From NCBI GenBank assembly GCA_903908245.1, contig CAIVRE010000014.1, positions 31,963 to 95,962 of the forward strand: a DNA stretch of 64,000 nt, given 5' to 3'. The notes under the pieces were generated by a model. It was given only the letters and a program-made list of their open reading frames with translations, did no database searches and had not been told where the DNA came from. Positions 19,057-28,835 of the stretch are shown here, one piece after another (position 1 is the first letter of the stretch; the number at the start of each line of letters is the position of its first letter). The position numbers and the translations under genes were made by a program. The DNA comes from Candidatus Omnitrophota bacterium (GTDB taxonomy: Bacteria; Omnitrophota; Gorgyraeia; Zapsychrales; Fredricksoniimonadaceae).

Positions 19057-20373
19057 TCAGGTCCTTATCGGTAAATAAACAGTGAACGCTGTCCCATCCA
19101 AAGAAGGATTGCTGACATCGATCCTTCCCCCATGGTCCTCAACGATACCCTTGACGACCGTGAGACCGATCCCGAATCCGTACGGTTTGGTCGTGTACAT
19201 AAGATCGAAGATCTTCCGCTTCTGTTCGGGCCCAAGCCCGACCCCGTGATCCCTCACCTGCAATACGTACTCCCGCCCCACGGCCGTCATCGTGATCTCG
19301 ATAGAGCTCTTCGCACGGGAAGCCTCGATGGCATTGAGCAATAAATTCATCACCACCTGTTTGATCGCCTCGGCATGACAAAGCAAAAGGACCCCGGGCG
19401 CCTGGTCGCGGACCTCAAGCTTCAGATCTGCCGCCTCGATCTTCGACGCGAACAACTCCGCAACTCTCAGGATCAAGGCCGAAATATCGGCAGGGACTTT
19501 GGGCTTATTGCCGCCCCGGCGCAAATGCAGGAGATCCGTGAGCAGCCCGTCGATCCGTTCCACTTCCGATGAAATGTCATGTGCCAGCACCGCCGCATCT
19601 CCCGTAGAACGCCTGGCGATCACACTGGCCGCGCTTTTAACGACACCCAGAGGATTTCGGATCTCATGCGCGAGGTGCTGGACGAGCGTCACCGACGCTA
19701 TTTGCCTCTCCTGCTCCATCAACTGCTTCGCCTGCCGGCGCAGGACGTTCAGACTGCCGGCGCTGATGCCCAGGATGGACAGCGCCACGATGGCCATAAA
19801 ATAAACACTGTCCCTCTCCGCTTTATTGCGGGCCTTTTGAGCCTTGGCCAGGGAAGAACGGATATTTTCAAAATAAAACTGACGCAAAGGATGGCTGGCG
19901 GCCTGCAATTGGTCCAAAGAACGGATCAGGGAAGCAACCGCCAGATCTGTCGGCTTCGCACCTAACGCGGCGATCGTCCGGGTCAACTCAAGGAACGCCT
20001 GGCGTGCCGGGACCAACAACCGGGCTTCCTGTTGTTCATACTTGAGCGGATTGACCTTAGCTATCTCATCATGCTCATCACGGGCCCATGAAGAAAGGAG
20101 CCGCATGATCTCCTGCGATTTTAATTTCAATGCATCAACCGGAAGTATCCCGGCCTGCCAGGCGCTGATATCCGTTGAGATGCCCTTGAGGACATCTTCG
20201 GCAGAGACCATCCGCTGATACTCCTGCCATTCCCCCTCGAACTGGAGCTGGTAAACACGGATCCCTTCCAGATAATGCAGGCCAATACCGCCGATAACGG
20301 CAATAACAAGCCCCAGCACGGCAAATATCCAGGCGATCCTGTTGGTCAATTTGCGATAATATGATCTCATCAT
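19057..20373 (-). CDS. Membrane sensor histidine kinase (two TM segments, periplasmic loop, HisKA plus HATPase_c)
   Basis: H-box HEIRNPLGVV; N, G1, G2 boxes; overlaps the downstream RR by 1 nt. Confidence 0.8.
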   Translation of the reverse strand: MMRSYYRKLTNRIAWIFAVLGLVIAVIGGIGLHYLEGIRVYQLQFEGEWQEYQRMVSAEDVLKGISTDISAWQAGILPVDALKLKSQEIMRLLSSWARDEHDEIAKVNPLKYEQQEARLLVPARQAFLELTRTIAALGAKPTDLAVASLIRSLDQLQAASHPLRQFYFENIRSSLAKAQKARNKAERDSVYFMAIVALSILGISAGSLNVLRRQAKQLMEQERQIASVTLVQHLAHEIRNPLGVVKSAASVIARRSTGDAAVLAHDISSEVERIDGLLTDLLHLRRGGNKPKVPADISALILRVAELFASKIEAADLKLEVRDQAPGVLLLCHAEAIKQVVMNLLLNAIEASRAKSSIEITMTAVGREYVLQVRDHGVGLGPEQKRKIFDLMYTTKPYGFGIGLTVVKGIVEDHGGRIDVSNPSLDGTAFTVYLPIRT

Positions 20374-22118
20374 TTCCCAAGAATGCGTTTGGCCTTGGCA
20401 ATGAACGAGCCGCTGCGCGCGTTCTGCGGCTGGATCAGTGCGCGCTGCATTTCCCGTTCGGCAAGAGTTTTAGGCACATACACGCGCTCGCCGGTAAAAG
20501 GATGCATCGCCGTATGGTACATGCATGCCGATACCGTCATAGGCAACGGAATAAAATCCTGCACCTGCTCGGGGCACATGCCCCGCTTCTGCAGGGTGGC
20601 CGCACAGGCATGCGCCTCGTTGAGGTCGCACCCCGGATGAGCGGTAATAAAATAATTCGCCAGATACTGCCGGCTTTTCAGGCCGGCATTGATCTTCTCG
20701 AATTTGCGCACAAATTCTTCATACTTCTCGTGGGGAGGCTTGTTCATCAGCGCCAGCACCTTGTCATCCGTATGCTCGGGGGCCACTTTCATCTGTCCGC
20801 TCACATGATGCGCGCATATTTCCCTGAAATATTCTTCGCTTTCAGGCTCGACCAGCAGATCATAGCGCAGGCCGCTTCCGATAAAAACATGTTTGACCCC
20901 GGGGACCTGGCGGATCGCCCGGTACAGCGACAGGGCCTGGTCATACCCCGTCTTAAGCGACGGGCATCTTGACGGCATGATGCAATGCTTGTCGCGGCAG
21001 GGGCCCTGCGTTTCCCAATTGCGGCATGAAGCCGCGTATAAATTGGCTGTCGGCCCACCCACATCCGTGATGGTCCCGCGGAACGCGGTGTCTTTGGCAA
21101 TGCGGCGAACCTCATTAAGGACCGAATGCGGTGTGCGGCTTTGGATCACACGCCCCTGGTGCATGGCAAGCCCGCAGAAAGAACATTCCCCCGAACACCC
21201 GCGCACGACCGTGATCGACCAGCGCACGACCTCAAAACCCTTGACCCCTCCCTGCACGTCATAAGACGGATGCCAGCGGCGGGCGTAAGGCAGATCATAG
21301 CTTTTATCAAGCGCTTCCGATGAAAAAGGCATGGCAGGGGGTTGCTGCAATACCACGCGATCACCATGGGCTTGCGCCAACACCTTGCCAGTCAGCGGGT
21401 TCATCTCGTCATAGGCCAGCCGGAACGCCTTGTTAAAAGCCTTAGGGTCATTCGACACTTCATCAAATGAAGACAGGACAACCGCTTCCGCCGGAACATC
21501 ATCAGGCTTGACCGCAACGACTGTCCCGCACACATCCCGGATCTCCGCGCAAGGCTGCCCCTGGTGCAAGCGGTCCACCACTTCACACACCGGGCGCTCA
21601 CCCATGCCGTAAATAAGAATATCTGCTTTTGCGTCAAGCAACAAAGAGCGCCGCACTGTATCGTCCCAGTAATCATAATGCGCAAGCCGCCGCATACTGG
21701 CTTCGATCCCGCCAATAATGATCGGCAGGCCCTTGAATGCCTCTCGCAGGCGATTGGCATACACAATGCACGCCCGGTCCGGACGTTTACCTGTTTTCCC
21801 TCCCGCGGCATAGTCATCTTCCCGGCGCGCCCGCTTATTCGCCGTATAATTGGCGACCATGGAATCCACATTGCCGCCGGAAACCAGCACGCACAACCGC
21901 GGGCGGCCCATACGGATAAAATCATCCGGGCTGCGCCAGTCAGGCTGGGCAATGATCCCGACCTTATAGCCCCGGTGTTCCAGCAGGCGGCCGATCAGCG
22001 CCGTGCCATAGGACGGATGGTCCACATAAGCATCCCCCGTCACCAAAAGGACATCTAGCTCCTTCCAGCCGAGCTTTGCCATTTCCTCAAAGGACATGGG
22101 AAGGAATTTAGCGGACAT
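20370..22118 (-). CDS. ygiQ: YgiQ-family radical SAM protein (UPF0313)
   Basis: N-terminal YgiQ domain (LLVTGDAYVDHPS) and CxxxCxxC cluster CSGECSFC; ~580 aa. Confidence 0.85.
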   Translation of the reverse strand: MSAKFLPMSFEEMAKLGWKELDVLLVTGDAYVDHPSYGTALIGRLLEHRGYKVGIIAQPDWRSPDDFIRMGRPRLCVLVSGGNVDSMVANYTANKRARREDDYAAGGKTGKRPDRACIVYANRLREAFKGLPIIIGGIEASMRRLAHYDYWDDTVRRSLLLDAKADILIYGMGERPVCEVVDRLHQGQPCAEIRDVCGTVVAVKPDDVPAEAVVLSSFDEVSNDPKAFNKAFRLAYDEMNPLTGKVLAQAHGDRVVLQQPPAMPFSSEALDKSYDLPYARRWHPSYDVQGGVKGFEVVRWSITVVRGCSGECSFCGLAMHQGRVIQSRTPHSVLNEVRRIAKDTAFRGTITDVGGPTANLYAASCRNWETQGPCRDKHCIMPSRCPSLKTGYDQALSLYRAIRQVPGVKHVFIGSGLRYDLLVEPESEEYFREICAHHVSGQMKVAPEHTDDKVLALMNKPPHEKYEEFVRKFEKINAGLKSRQYLANYFITAHPGCDLNEAHACAATLQKRGMCPEQVQDFIPLPMTVSACMYHTAMHPFTGERVYVPKTLAEREMQRALIQPQNARSGSFIAKAKRILGK

Positions 22119-23181
22119 GCGGTTGAACTCCTATCCCCGGACGGGCTTTGGACAGGTCGAAGGCGCCTCGCGCATTAAGATAAGGCGACCGCGCCAAAGA
22201 GCCTTTAATAAAAAATGTCGTATCCAGGTCAATGAACTCAAAGACTCCAAGGCCCGCGGCAAAATGCGCCGCGGCAGTTATCGCAAGAGAGCTTTCCATC
22301 ATCGCACCGATCATAAGCCTGGCGCCTTTGGCCCTGGCAAGGCGCACGATCTCCTCGCCCTCCAGAAATCCGCTCTTCATCAATTTGATATTCACGGCAT
22401 TGACCGCGCCGCGCTGAAGCGCAAAGACCGCGGCTTTCAGCGACCCCACGCTCTCGTCAGCACAAACCAGGATGCCGGCCGATCGGGTCAAACGGGCCAA
22501 CCCATCCCAATCATCTTTCTTGACCGGCTGCTCCAGCAGCCTCGGGATCACACCTTTGGCTTTCAACTCTTTTAGGAACTTCAACATGGACGTGGCAGTA
22601 AATGCCTGATTGGCATCAATGATGATCGCCGCCTTCGGCGCGCACCGCGCAACCATCAGCACACGCTCAATATCGAGTTCCGGCTCACGCCCAACCTTGA
22701 TCTTGAACGACCGGAAACCCCGGTGAAAGAAATCCTTCGCGGCCGCACCCGCTTCCGGCAAAGAACCGATCACAACCGTAATATCCGTCGACATCTTGAC
22801 CGCCTTTTCGCCGAACAAGCGCCACAGCGGAACCTTCATCGCCCTGGAAAAAGCATCCAGCACAGCCATCTCAAATGCAGCCAGTGCGGCATGATTTCCG
22901 TCGAACTTCTCTTTAAAGGAATACAACAATGAACGAAAATCCGAAATATCCTCGCCGATCAATGCCGTCCCGGCCTCTTTCAGGTTGGCCATGGTCTGCG
23001 CAACGGTCTCACCCGTAATATGCGACGCCACCGCGGCTTCGCCAAAACCGGGCATACCATCCTCCAGCTCGATCCGGAACAGGACATTGTCCAGTTCATC
23101 ATGCTGACCAGTAGCGATACGAAAAGGGGACACCAGCGGCGCCCTGAGAGGAAGGACCTGGAATGTTTTAACGATCATCAT
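22108..23181 (-). CDS. Enolase-superfamily dipeptide (L-Ala-D/L-Glu) epimerase / MLE-like
   Basis: KxK (FKIKVG), metal ligands DANQAF / EQP / DES, catalytic Lys; 357 aa. Confidence 0.7.
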   Translation of the reverse strand: MMIVKTFQVLPLRAPLVSPFRIATGQHDELDNVLFRIELEDGMPGFGEAAVASHITGETVAQTMANLKEAGTALIGEDISDFRSLLYSFKEKFDGNHAALAAFEMAVLDAFSRAMKVPLWRLFGEKAVKMSTDITVVIGSLPEAGAAAKDFFHRGFRSFKIKVGREPELDIERVLMVARCAPKAAIIIDANQAFTATSMLKFLKELKAKGVIPRLLEQPVKKDDWDGLARLTRSAGILVCADESVGSLKAAVFALQRGAVNAVNIKLMKSGFLEGEEIVRLARAKGARLMIGAMMESSLAITAAAHFAAGLGVFEFIDLDTTFFIKGSLARSPYLNARGAFDLSKARPGIGVQPHVR

Positions 23182-24452
23182 GTCCCTATCAACCGGTAGA
23201 TCAGCAGATACGCACCGATACCGGCCAAATATCCGGCAAGGGCAGGGAAAGAAACCTTCTTCAAATACCAGAAAAAATTGATCTTCTCCATGCCCATCAC
23301 CACAACGCCCGCCGCGCTACCGATAATAAGGATGCTGCCGCCTGTCCCGACGCTGAAAGCCAGCAATTCCCAAAGCTTGCAATCCATCGGATAACGGATC
23401 ACATCATACATCCCCATGGTCGCCGCCGTCAGCGGCACATTGTCCACGATCGCCGACAAAAGCCCGAGCAGGGTGGCAATGATATCCTTGTTATTAAAAC
23501 AATGATCCATCCACATCGCCAGGTCTCGCAAAACACCGGCTGTCTCAAGGGCCGCCACCGCCAGCAGAATACCGAGGAAAAACAGGATACTGCTCATGTC
23601 GATCTTGTGCAGCGCCTGCGGTACTTTCAAATGCTCCCGCTCCTCGCCATGCGTCATATCTGTTACCAGCCACAGCAGCCCCAGGCCGAAAAGAATGCCG
23701 ACGAACGGCGGCAATCCTGTAAGGCCTTTAAAGACCGGGACGAATATCAATGCCCCAAGCCCGAGAATAAACACGCGCCTGGCTCCAATATGTTTTTCCT
23801 CCGCCGGACGCTCCACCGCCGCGACCTCCCCCTTCATCATAAAAGAGAACCAGGCCAACGGCACAAGCATCGAAACCATGCTGGGGATGAACAACATTTC
23901 CATGATTCGAAGCGAGCTCACCCGCCCGCCGATCCACAGCATGGTGGTCGTCACATCCCCGATAGGCGTCCAGGCCCCGCCGGCATTGGCCGCGATAATG
24001 ACCATGCTGCCAAAAAGCATACGGTCCTCCCTGTCATCAACCAGGCGATGAAGGAGCGAAACCATGACGATCGCCGTCGTCAGATTATCCAGGACCGAAG
24101 AAAGAAAAAAGGTAATAAAGGAAACCACCCACAAAAGGACCCGTTTGTCCTTCACCTTCAGCATCGATGTCACAACCTGAAACCCTCCGTGCGTTTCCAT
24201 CAGCTGGACAATGGTCATGGCCCCGACCAGGAAAAAAATGATCTGGGAGGTCCCTTCCATATGATGGCCCAGGCTTTCCACCATGCCATGAGCCGAGCCG
24301 CCCGGAATCGCCGCCTGCTGCAGGGCCAACAGGACCCAGCAAACAACCGCCGTCAGCAAAGCCACGGCGGTCTTGTTCACACCGAGTTTATTCTCAAAGG
24401 CTATCGCCGAATAGCCCAGGACAAACACGACCATGATCAGGTTCTCGAACAT
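23178..24452 (-). CDS. NhaD/ArsB-family Na+/H+ antiporter-like permease
   Basis: About 12 TM helices, NhaD-like conserved segments. Confidence 0.6.
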   Translation of the reverse strand: MFENLIMVVFVLGYSAIAFENKLGVNKTAVALLTAVVCWVLLALQQAAIPGGSAHGMVESLGHHMEGTSQIIFFLVGAMTIVQLMETHGGFQVVTSMLKVKDKRVLLWVVSFITFFLSSVLDNLTTAIVMVSLLHRLVDDREDRMLFGSMVIIAANAGGAWTPIGDVTTTMLWIGGRVSSLRIMEMLFIPSMVSMLVPLAWFSFMMKGEVAAVERPAEEKHIGARRVFILGLGALIFVPVFKGLTGLPPFVGILFGLGLLWLVTDMTHGEEREHLKVPQALHKIDMSSILFFLGILLAVAALETAGVLRDLAMWMDHCFNNKDIIATLLGLLSAIVDNVPLTAATMGMYDVIRYPMDCKLWELLAFSVGTGGSILIIGSAAGVVVMGMEKINFFWYLKKVSFPALAGYLAGIGAYLLIYRLIGT

Positions 24453-24510
24453 GCTGTTCCTTTATTAAGATTTTTATCGGATATCCCCGGAAAAGGCATG
24501 ACAAAACGAA

Positions 24511-25083
24511 TCAATCTTTGGATCGCGCCGACTTGATCATATGATCGAACGCGCCCGCGAATTGCGCAAATGCCCCCGCAGCGTTCTGATAACGAAAGAA
24601 ATAAAAATTGCCCTTCACCCGCCCGATCAAAAGCTTCTCATGAGCAGCGACCAGAGGCACGTTGTGCGACATGCTCAGGATCGCCATATATGTCATATCC
24701 AGGACGACCGCGGGCTGCCCCAGCCAAAAGCCTTGCGCCCTCTTATCAAGTTTAAACCCGGAAAACTTTTCGCGCCTGGCAAGAATATCCGCCGCCGCTG
24801 CCTCAAGATCATCTTTAGTCCCAAGGTGCGCCGCATCCTTGACCGTTAACGAAATGACCGCCTCCTTTATCGCGTCCGGAGCAAGAAAAGAAACCTGGGC
24901 ATAACTGCTCCCGGCCCCGCGCGTCTCCCGAGCGGTCCATCCGGCAATCTTGTCCATCGTCACATTCAACAACGGGTCCTTGCTAACATATTTCTCATAT
25001 AAAAAAGGACTGCCGCAACCCCAAATTCCCGACATCAATATTACCGCCATAAGAAACCCTGCCAATTCTTTATGCCTTGTCAT
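24511..25083 (-). CDS. Lipoprotein of unknown function (start trimmed to MTRHKELAGFLMAVILMSGIWGC)
   Basis: Lipobox LMSGIWGC; ATG at 25083; the upstream 117 codons of the long ORF overlap the neighbouring gene. Confidence 0.4.
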   Translation of the reverse strand: MTRHKELAGFLMAVILMSGIWGCGSPFLYEKYVSKDPLLNVTMDKIAGWTARETRGAGSSYAQVSFLAPDAIKEAVISLTVKDAAHLGTKDDLEAAAADILARREKFSGFKLDKRAQGFWLGQPAVVLDMTYMAILSMSHNVPLVAAHEKLLIGRVKGNFYFFRYQNAAGAFAQFAGAFDHMIKSARSKD

Positions 25084-25099
25084 ATTTCCCCTTGATTGA

Positions 25100-26398
25100 T
25101 CAATACTCCGGAAGGCCCTGTCCTTGATACGCCAGCCGAACGCCCTCCCTGAAGACCTCAGGGCCCTGCTGATACCACGAAAGCCATCCATCATTAAAGG
25201 CATCCGTTGTGTCACCCTTGACTTCCTCCCAAAGGAGCATCGCATTACACATCGCATTATACTCCTGATCGATCGAATTACCCGGAATAGAAATATCACT
25301 ATAAGTAAGCTCAGGATGACGCTGAAGGGTCTTCTCGATCCACACATCCGGATGGTTGTAATAATCCGCATGGGTCGCCTCATGGGCCAGGATCGCCGCC
25401 AAGGCCCCTGGAGGATTATCTTTAAAATCCTCATTCAATTCAATACTGCCATGTGGGGGAGACGGATAAAAATACCCGCCCGCCCCATCCATTGGCGCCC
25501 AATTCACAGGGACCCCCAGGGACTCGATCAACTTGTACGCATAGCCGGCACTCGGGGAATCCTTTAAAACCTCCATGACCGGTGCAAGCCCATCCGCGAT
25601 CAATGCTCCACTGCCTGCCGGAAGGTCCAGATAGGACCACCCGCCATAGATCGCGGAATCAACCGGAACAACCGGCTTGACCGCCGCGCCACCGCCACCA
25701 ATTATTCCGCCGCCTCCGGTCCCGCCGCCTGTCGTTCCACCCCCTGTCGTTCCGCCCCCGCTGGACCCTCCACCACCGGATCCACCTCCGGATCCGCCGC
25801 CGCTTGCGCCACCCCCGCCGGACCCGCCGCCGCTGGCCCCGCCCCCGCTGGAACCTCCGCCACCGGATCCGCCCCCGCTTGTCCCGCCGGAAGCAGCACC
25901 CCCCGTTCCACCGGAAGAACCTCCCCCGCCGGAATCCGCCTGATTCGGGATCAGAAACGGCTCATAACCGGTAGTAATGATCCCCTGATTATTGGCCGCC
26001 ACAACAATCGGCGCCTGCGGGACAGTCCCTTGCGCCGCGAAAGCCGAAAGGTCCGCATCGATCCTTTTGGCGATGACCGTATAATCATTGCTGGTTACAC
26101 CCACCACCGAATATTCATAATTCTTCGGCGTGATCCTGATATCCATCCCGGCATTGACCTCGGCCGCATTCTGGGCAGCGACATACTGCCCCGTCAGCTC
26201 CTTGGTCCTTTCCTCTGCCCGGCGGATCGCCCCGACATTCACATACGCTTCCGCAACCTCGGCCTTCTTGATCTGCTTGCTAAAACAAACCAATGCCAAC
26301 GCGGCCAATAACGCCACAATAACGAAAGCAATAATGATCTCAACGATCGTGAACGCGGCTTTCCGGAATTTCATCGATCCCGACAGATAACGACTCAT
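25100..26398 (-). CDS. Pilin-like N-terminus + ~90-aa Gly/Ser linker + C-terminal HExxH (zincin-like) domain protein
   Basis: Prepilin-type N-terminus KAAFTIVEIIIAFVIVALLAALAL (Glu at +5); GGGS-type low-complexity tract (DNA 25684-25960); HEATH motif near 25380. Confidence 0.6.
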   Translation of the reverse strand: MSRYLSGSMKFRKAAFTIVEIIIAFVIVALLAALALVCFSKQIKKAEVAEAYVNVGAIRRAEERTKELTGQYVAAQNAAEVNAGMDIRITPKNYEYSVVGVTSNDYTVIAKRIDADLSAFAAQGTVPQAPIVVAANNQGIITTGYEPFLIPNQADSGGGGSSGGTGGAASGGTSGGGSGGGGSSGGGASGGGSGGGGASGGGSGGGSGGGGSSGGGTTGGGTTGGGTGGGGIIGGGGAAVKPVVPVDSAIYGGWSYLDLPAGSGALIADGLAPVMEVLKDSPSAGYAYKLIESLGVPVNWAPMDGAGGYFYPSPPHGSIELNEDFKDNPPGALAAILAHEATHADYYNHPDVWIEKTLQRHPELTYSDISIPGNSIDQEYNAMCNAMLLWEEVKGDTTDAFNDGWLSWYQQGPEVFREGVRLAYQGQGLPEY

Positions 26399-26478
26399 AT
26401 CATTCCCTCTGGCCCCCGGTCATACTACTATAAAGATTATCATAAAGTGCATATGCCCGCCAGGAACGCACCAAATAA

Positions 26479-26512
26479 AAAACCCCCTGCAAGTTTCCCT
26501 GCAGGGGGTTTA
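26479..26512 (-). terminator. Rho-independent terminator of cspA
   Basis: ccccctgca/tgcaggggg stem followed by U6AU3 on the minus-strand RNA. Confidence 0.5.
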
Positions 26513-26533
26513 TGGGTTCATTTCTGAAACGAA

Positions 26534-26734
26534 TTAGAGCTTAACAACGTTCTTAGCCTGTTCGCCCTTCGGACCTGTGGTGATCTCAAACTCGACCGCC
26601 TGGCCTTCGCTCAAAGATTTGTAGCCCTCACCCACGATCGCACTGTGATGCACGAAAACGTCCTTTCCGGACTCGGGGGTAATAAAGCCAAAACCTTTCT
26701 TGTCATCAAACCACTTAACTTTGCCACTTGCCAT
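26534..26734 (-). CDS. cspA: Cold-shock protein CspA family (start trimmed to MASGKVKWF)
   Basis: RNP1 KGFGFI and RNP2 VFVHH motifs; 66 aa; RBS aaaggagg. Confidence 0.9.
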   Translation of the reverse strand: MASGKVKWFDDKKGFGFITPESGKDVFVHHSAIVGEGYKSLSEGQAVEFEITTGPKGEQAKNVVKL

Positions 26735-26858
26735 ATTATGTTCCTCCTTTCGAACAAATTTGAGATTAAGTACGGCAGAGCAAAATAAAAAAACCGCCGG
26801 GCACACTACCTTCTACCCTGCGGTCTAAGATCATTTGTGCTCACTTAACTCATGAAGA

Positions 26859-26886
26859 AGTATAAACTATTTTCTGAAAATGTCAA
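26859..26886 (-). promoter_or_regulatory. Sigma70-like promoter for cspA (TTGACA-16-TATACT) giving a ~115-nt 5'UTR
   Basis: Minus-strand TTGACA at 26886-26881, TATACT at 26864-26859, 16-nt spacer. Confidence 0.4.
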
Positions 26887-26915
26887 CCAAATATTATCAC
26901 CGGCACACACAGCCC

Positions 26916-28820
26916 TCAGGAACCGGCCTCATTCCGCTTCGCTTCCAGCTCTTCCCAGCGACGATAAAGATCGACTATGGCAAAAGCCAGCCCTTCCGAA
27001 CGGGACTTGGCCCCGGCGATCTCGTCGGGGTCTTTTTTATAAAATTCCGGGTCCGCCAGTAATGCGCATAATTTGGTTTGCTCGTACTCCATCTCTTCGA
27101 TCTTGCCCGCAAAACTTTCCAGCTCGCGCATTTCCTTGAACGACAGCTTCCCGGCAGTGGAAGGCTTTTCCGCCGCCGCGCTCTTTTTCCCCGGCCGGTC
27201 TTCCGGCTGGACAGGCCCGACCCCGTTGGCTTTCTGCTGCAGCCAGTCATCATACCCGCCCGGATATTCATTGATATCGCCATTGCCCTCAAAGACCAGC
27301 GTTGAGGTCACCACATTATTGAGAAAAGACCGGTCATGGCTGACCAGGATCAGCGTTCCGGTGTATTCCACCAGAAGCTCCTCAAGAAGCTCCAGTGTTT
27401 CTATATCCAGGTCATTGGTCGGCTCGTCCATCACAAGGACATTCGCCGGCTTGGTGAATAACCGCGCCAGGAAGAGGCGATTGCGCTCTCCGCCCGAAAG
27501 GACCCTCACGGGCGTACGCGCCCGGTCAGGCGTGAACAGGAAATCCTGCAGGTACCCGATGACATGCCGCGGCTTGCCGTTGATCATCACACTGTCGGCT
27601 TCACCGGAAATGTTCTCGATGACCGTCTTGTTCTCGTCCAACCCTTCACGCAATTGATCGTAGTAAGCCACCTGCAGTTCGGTGCCGAAACGGATGGACC
27701 CTTTCGTGGGCGGCATTTTATTGAGCAGGATCCGCAGGAACGTGCTTTTCCCGCAGCCGTTCGCGCCGATGACCCCGATCTTGTCGCCGCGCATGATATT
27801 GGCCGAAAAATCACGAATCAGGCATTTATCGCCGTAAGAAAAACCGATACGGGAAGCCTTGACGATCAGATGGCCCGAAAGTTCGGTCTCCTGCGCCCTC
27901 ATCCGCACGACTCCGTCGCGCTGACGCAGCCTTCTTTTGGCCTCGCGCATCTCCTCGAGCGCCTTCACCCGGCCTTCATTGCGGCAGCGGCGCGCCTTGA
28001 CCCCCTGGCGCACCCAGACCTCTTCTTCGGCGAGCTTCTTGCCGAACTTGGCCAGACGGGCGCCTTCGATGGTGTCATTGAGCGCGCTGCGTTCCAGATA
28101 CTCGCGATAGCCGCACGACCAGCTGAACAGCTTGCCCCGATCGATTTCCAGGATACGCGTGGTCAAATGCTCCATGAACTGCCGGTCATGCGTAATAAAG
28201 AATACAGTGCCGGGATATTCCTTAAGGAAACCTTCCAGCCAGATGATGGAATCAATATCCAGATGGTTGGTCGGCTCATCAAGAAGAAGGATATCGGGCT
28301 TGCGGACCAGCGCGCGGGCCAAAAGCGCGCGGCGCTTCTGACCGCCGGAAAGGCTCGAAAATTCATCATCACCATTAAGTTTCAGTTTCGCAACAACCTC
28401 CTCCGCCTGATGGTCAAGCTCCCAGCCGTTGGTGCGGTCGAGTTCGGCCTGAAGCACGTCAAGCCTGCGAAGGATCTCTTTGGAATGGTCGGTATGCAGA
28501 AGATGCGTCACATGATGATAATCCTTCAGGAGGGTCGCACGCTCCCCCAGCCCCGAAAGCGCGACCTCAAAAACCGTCCCCTCGACATCCTGGGGAACAT
28601 CCTGCGGCAGATACGCCACCTCGATGCCTTTTTGAAAACATACGACCCCGTCGTCCGGACCGGTCTCGCCGGCCAGAAGGCGCATCATGGTGGTCTTTCC
28701 GGCGCCGTTGCGCCCCAGGAGCGCCACACGCTCGCGGGCCTCCAGCTGCAGGCTCACGCCGTCAAGCACACGAGGGCCGCCGAAAGCAACGACAACATCC
28801 TGTAAACTGATCAGAGCCAT
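26916..28820 (-). CDS. ABC-F family ATPase (Uup/EttA-like: two ABC domains, interdomain linker, C-terminal coiled coil)
   Basis: Two Walker A (GRNGAGKT, GANGCGKS), two LSGG signatures, no TM domain. Confidence 0.85.
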   Translation of the reverse strand: MALISLQDVVVAFGGPRVLDGVSLQLEARERVALLGRNGAGKTTMMRLLAGETGPDDGVVCFQKGIEVAYLPQDVPQDVEGTVFEVALSGLGERATLLKDYHHVTHLLHTDHSKEILRRLDVLQAELDRTNGWELDHQAEEVVAKLKLNGDDEFSSLSGGQKRRALLARALVRKPDILLLDEPTNHLDIDSIIWLEGFLKEYPGTVFFITHDRQFMEHLTTRILEIDRGKLFSWSCGYREYLERSALNDTIEGARLAKFGKKLAEEEVWVRQGVKARRCRNEGRVKALEEMREAKRRLRQRDGVVRMRAQETELSGHLIVKASRIGFSYGDKCLIRDFSANIMRGDKIGVIGANGCGKSTFLRILLNKMPPTKGSIRFGTELQVAYYDQLREGLDENKTVIENISGEADSVMINGKPRHVIGYLQDFLFTPDRARTPVRVLSGGERNRLFLARLFTKPANVLVMDEPTNDLDIETLELLEELLVEYTGTLILVSHDRSFLNNVVTSTLVFEGNGDINEYPGGYDDWLQQKANGVGPVQPEDRPGKKSAAAEKPSTAGKLSFKEMRELESFAGKIEEMEYEQTKLCALLADPEFYKKDPDEIAGAKSRSEGLAFAIVDLYRRWEELEAKRNEAGS

Positions 28821-28835
28821 AAACCAACCCGAATA

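Noticed and set aside
23502-24536. 344-aa plus-strand ORF
   Set aside because: It is antisense to the 12-TM NhaD-like permease, and its translation is His/Arg/Gln-rich without hydrophobic segments.
24511-25434. 307-aa ORF upstream of the lipoprotein
   Set aside because: The N-terminal 117 codons overlap the C-terminus of the pilin-HExxH gene (25100-26398) and are Arg-rich. The lipoprotein signal begins at the internal Met (25083).
27564-28805. 413-aa plus-strand ORF
   Set aside because: It is antisense to the ABC-F ATPase, which carries duplicated Walker A/LSGG motifs.
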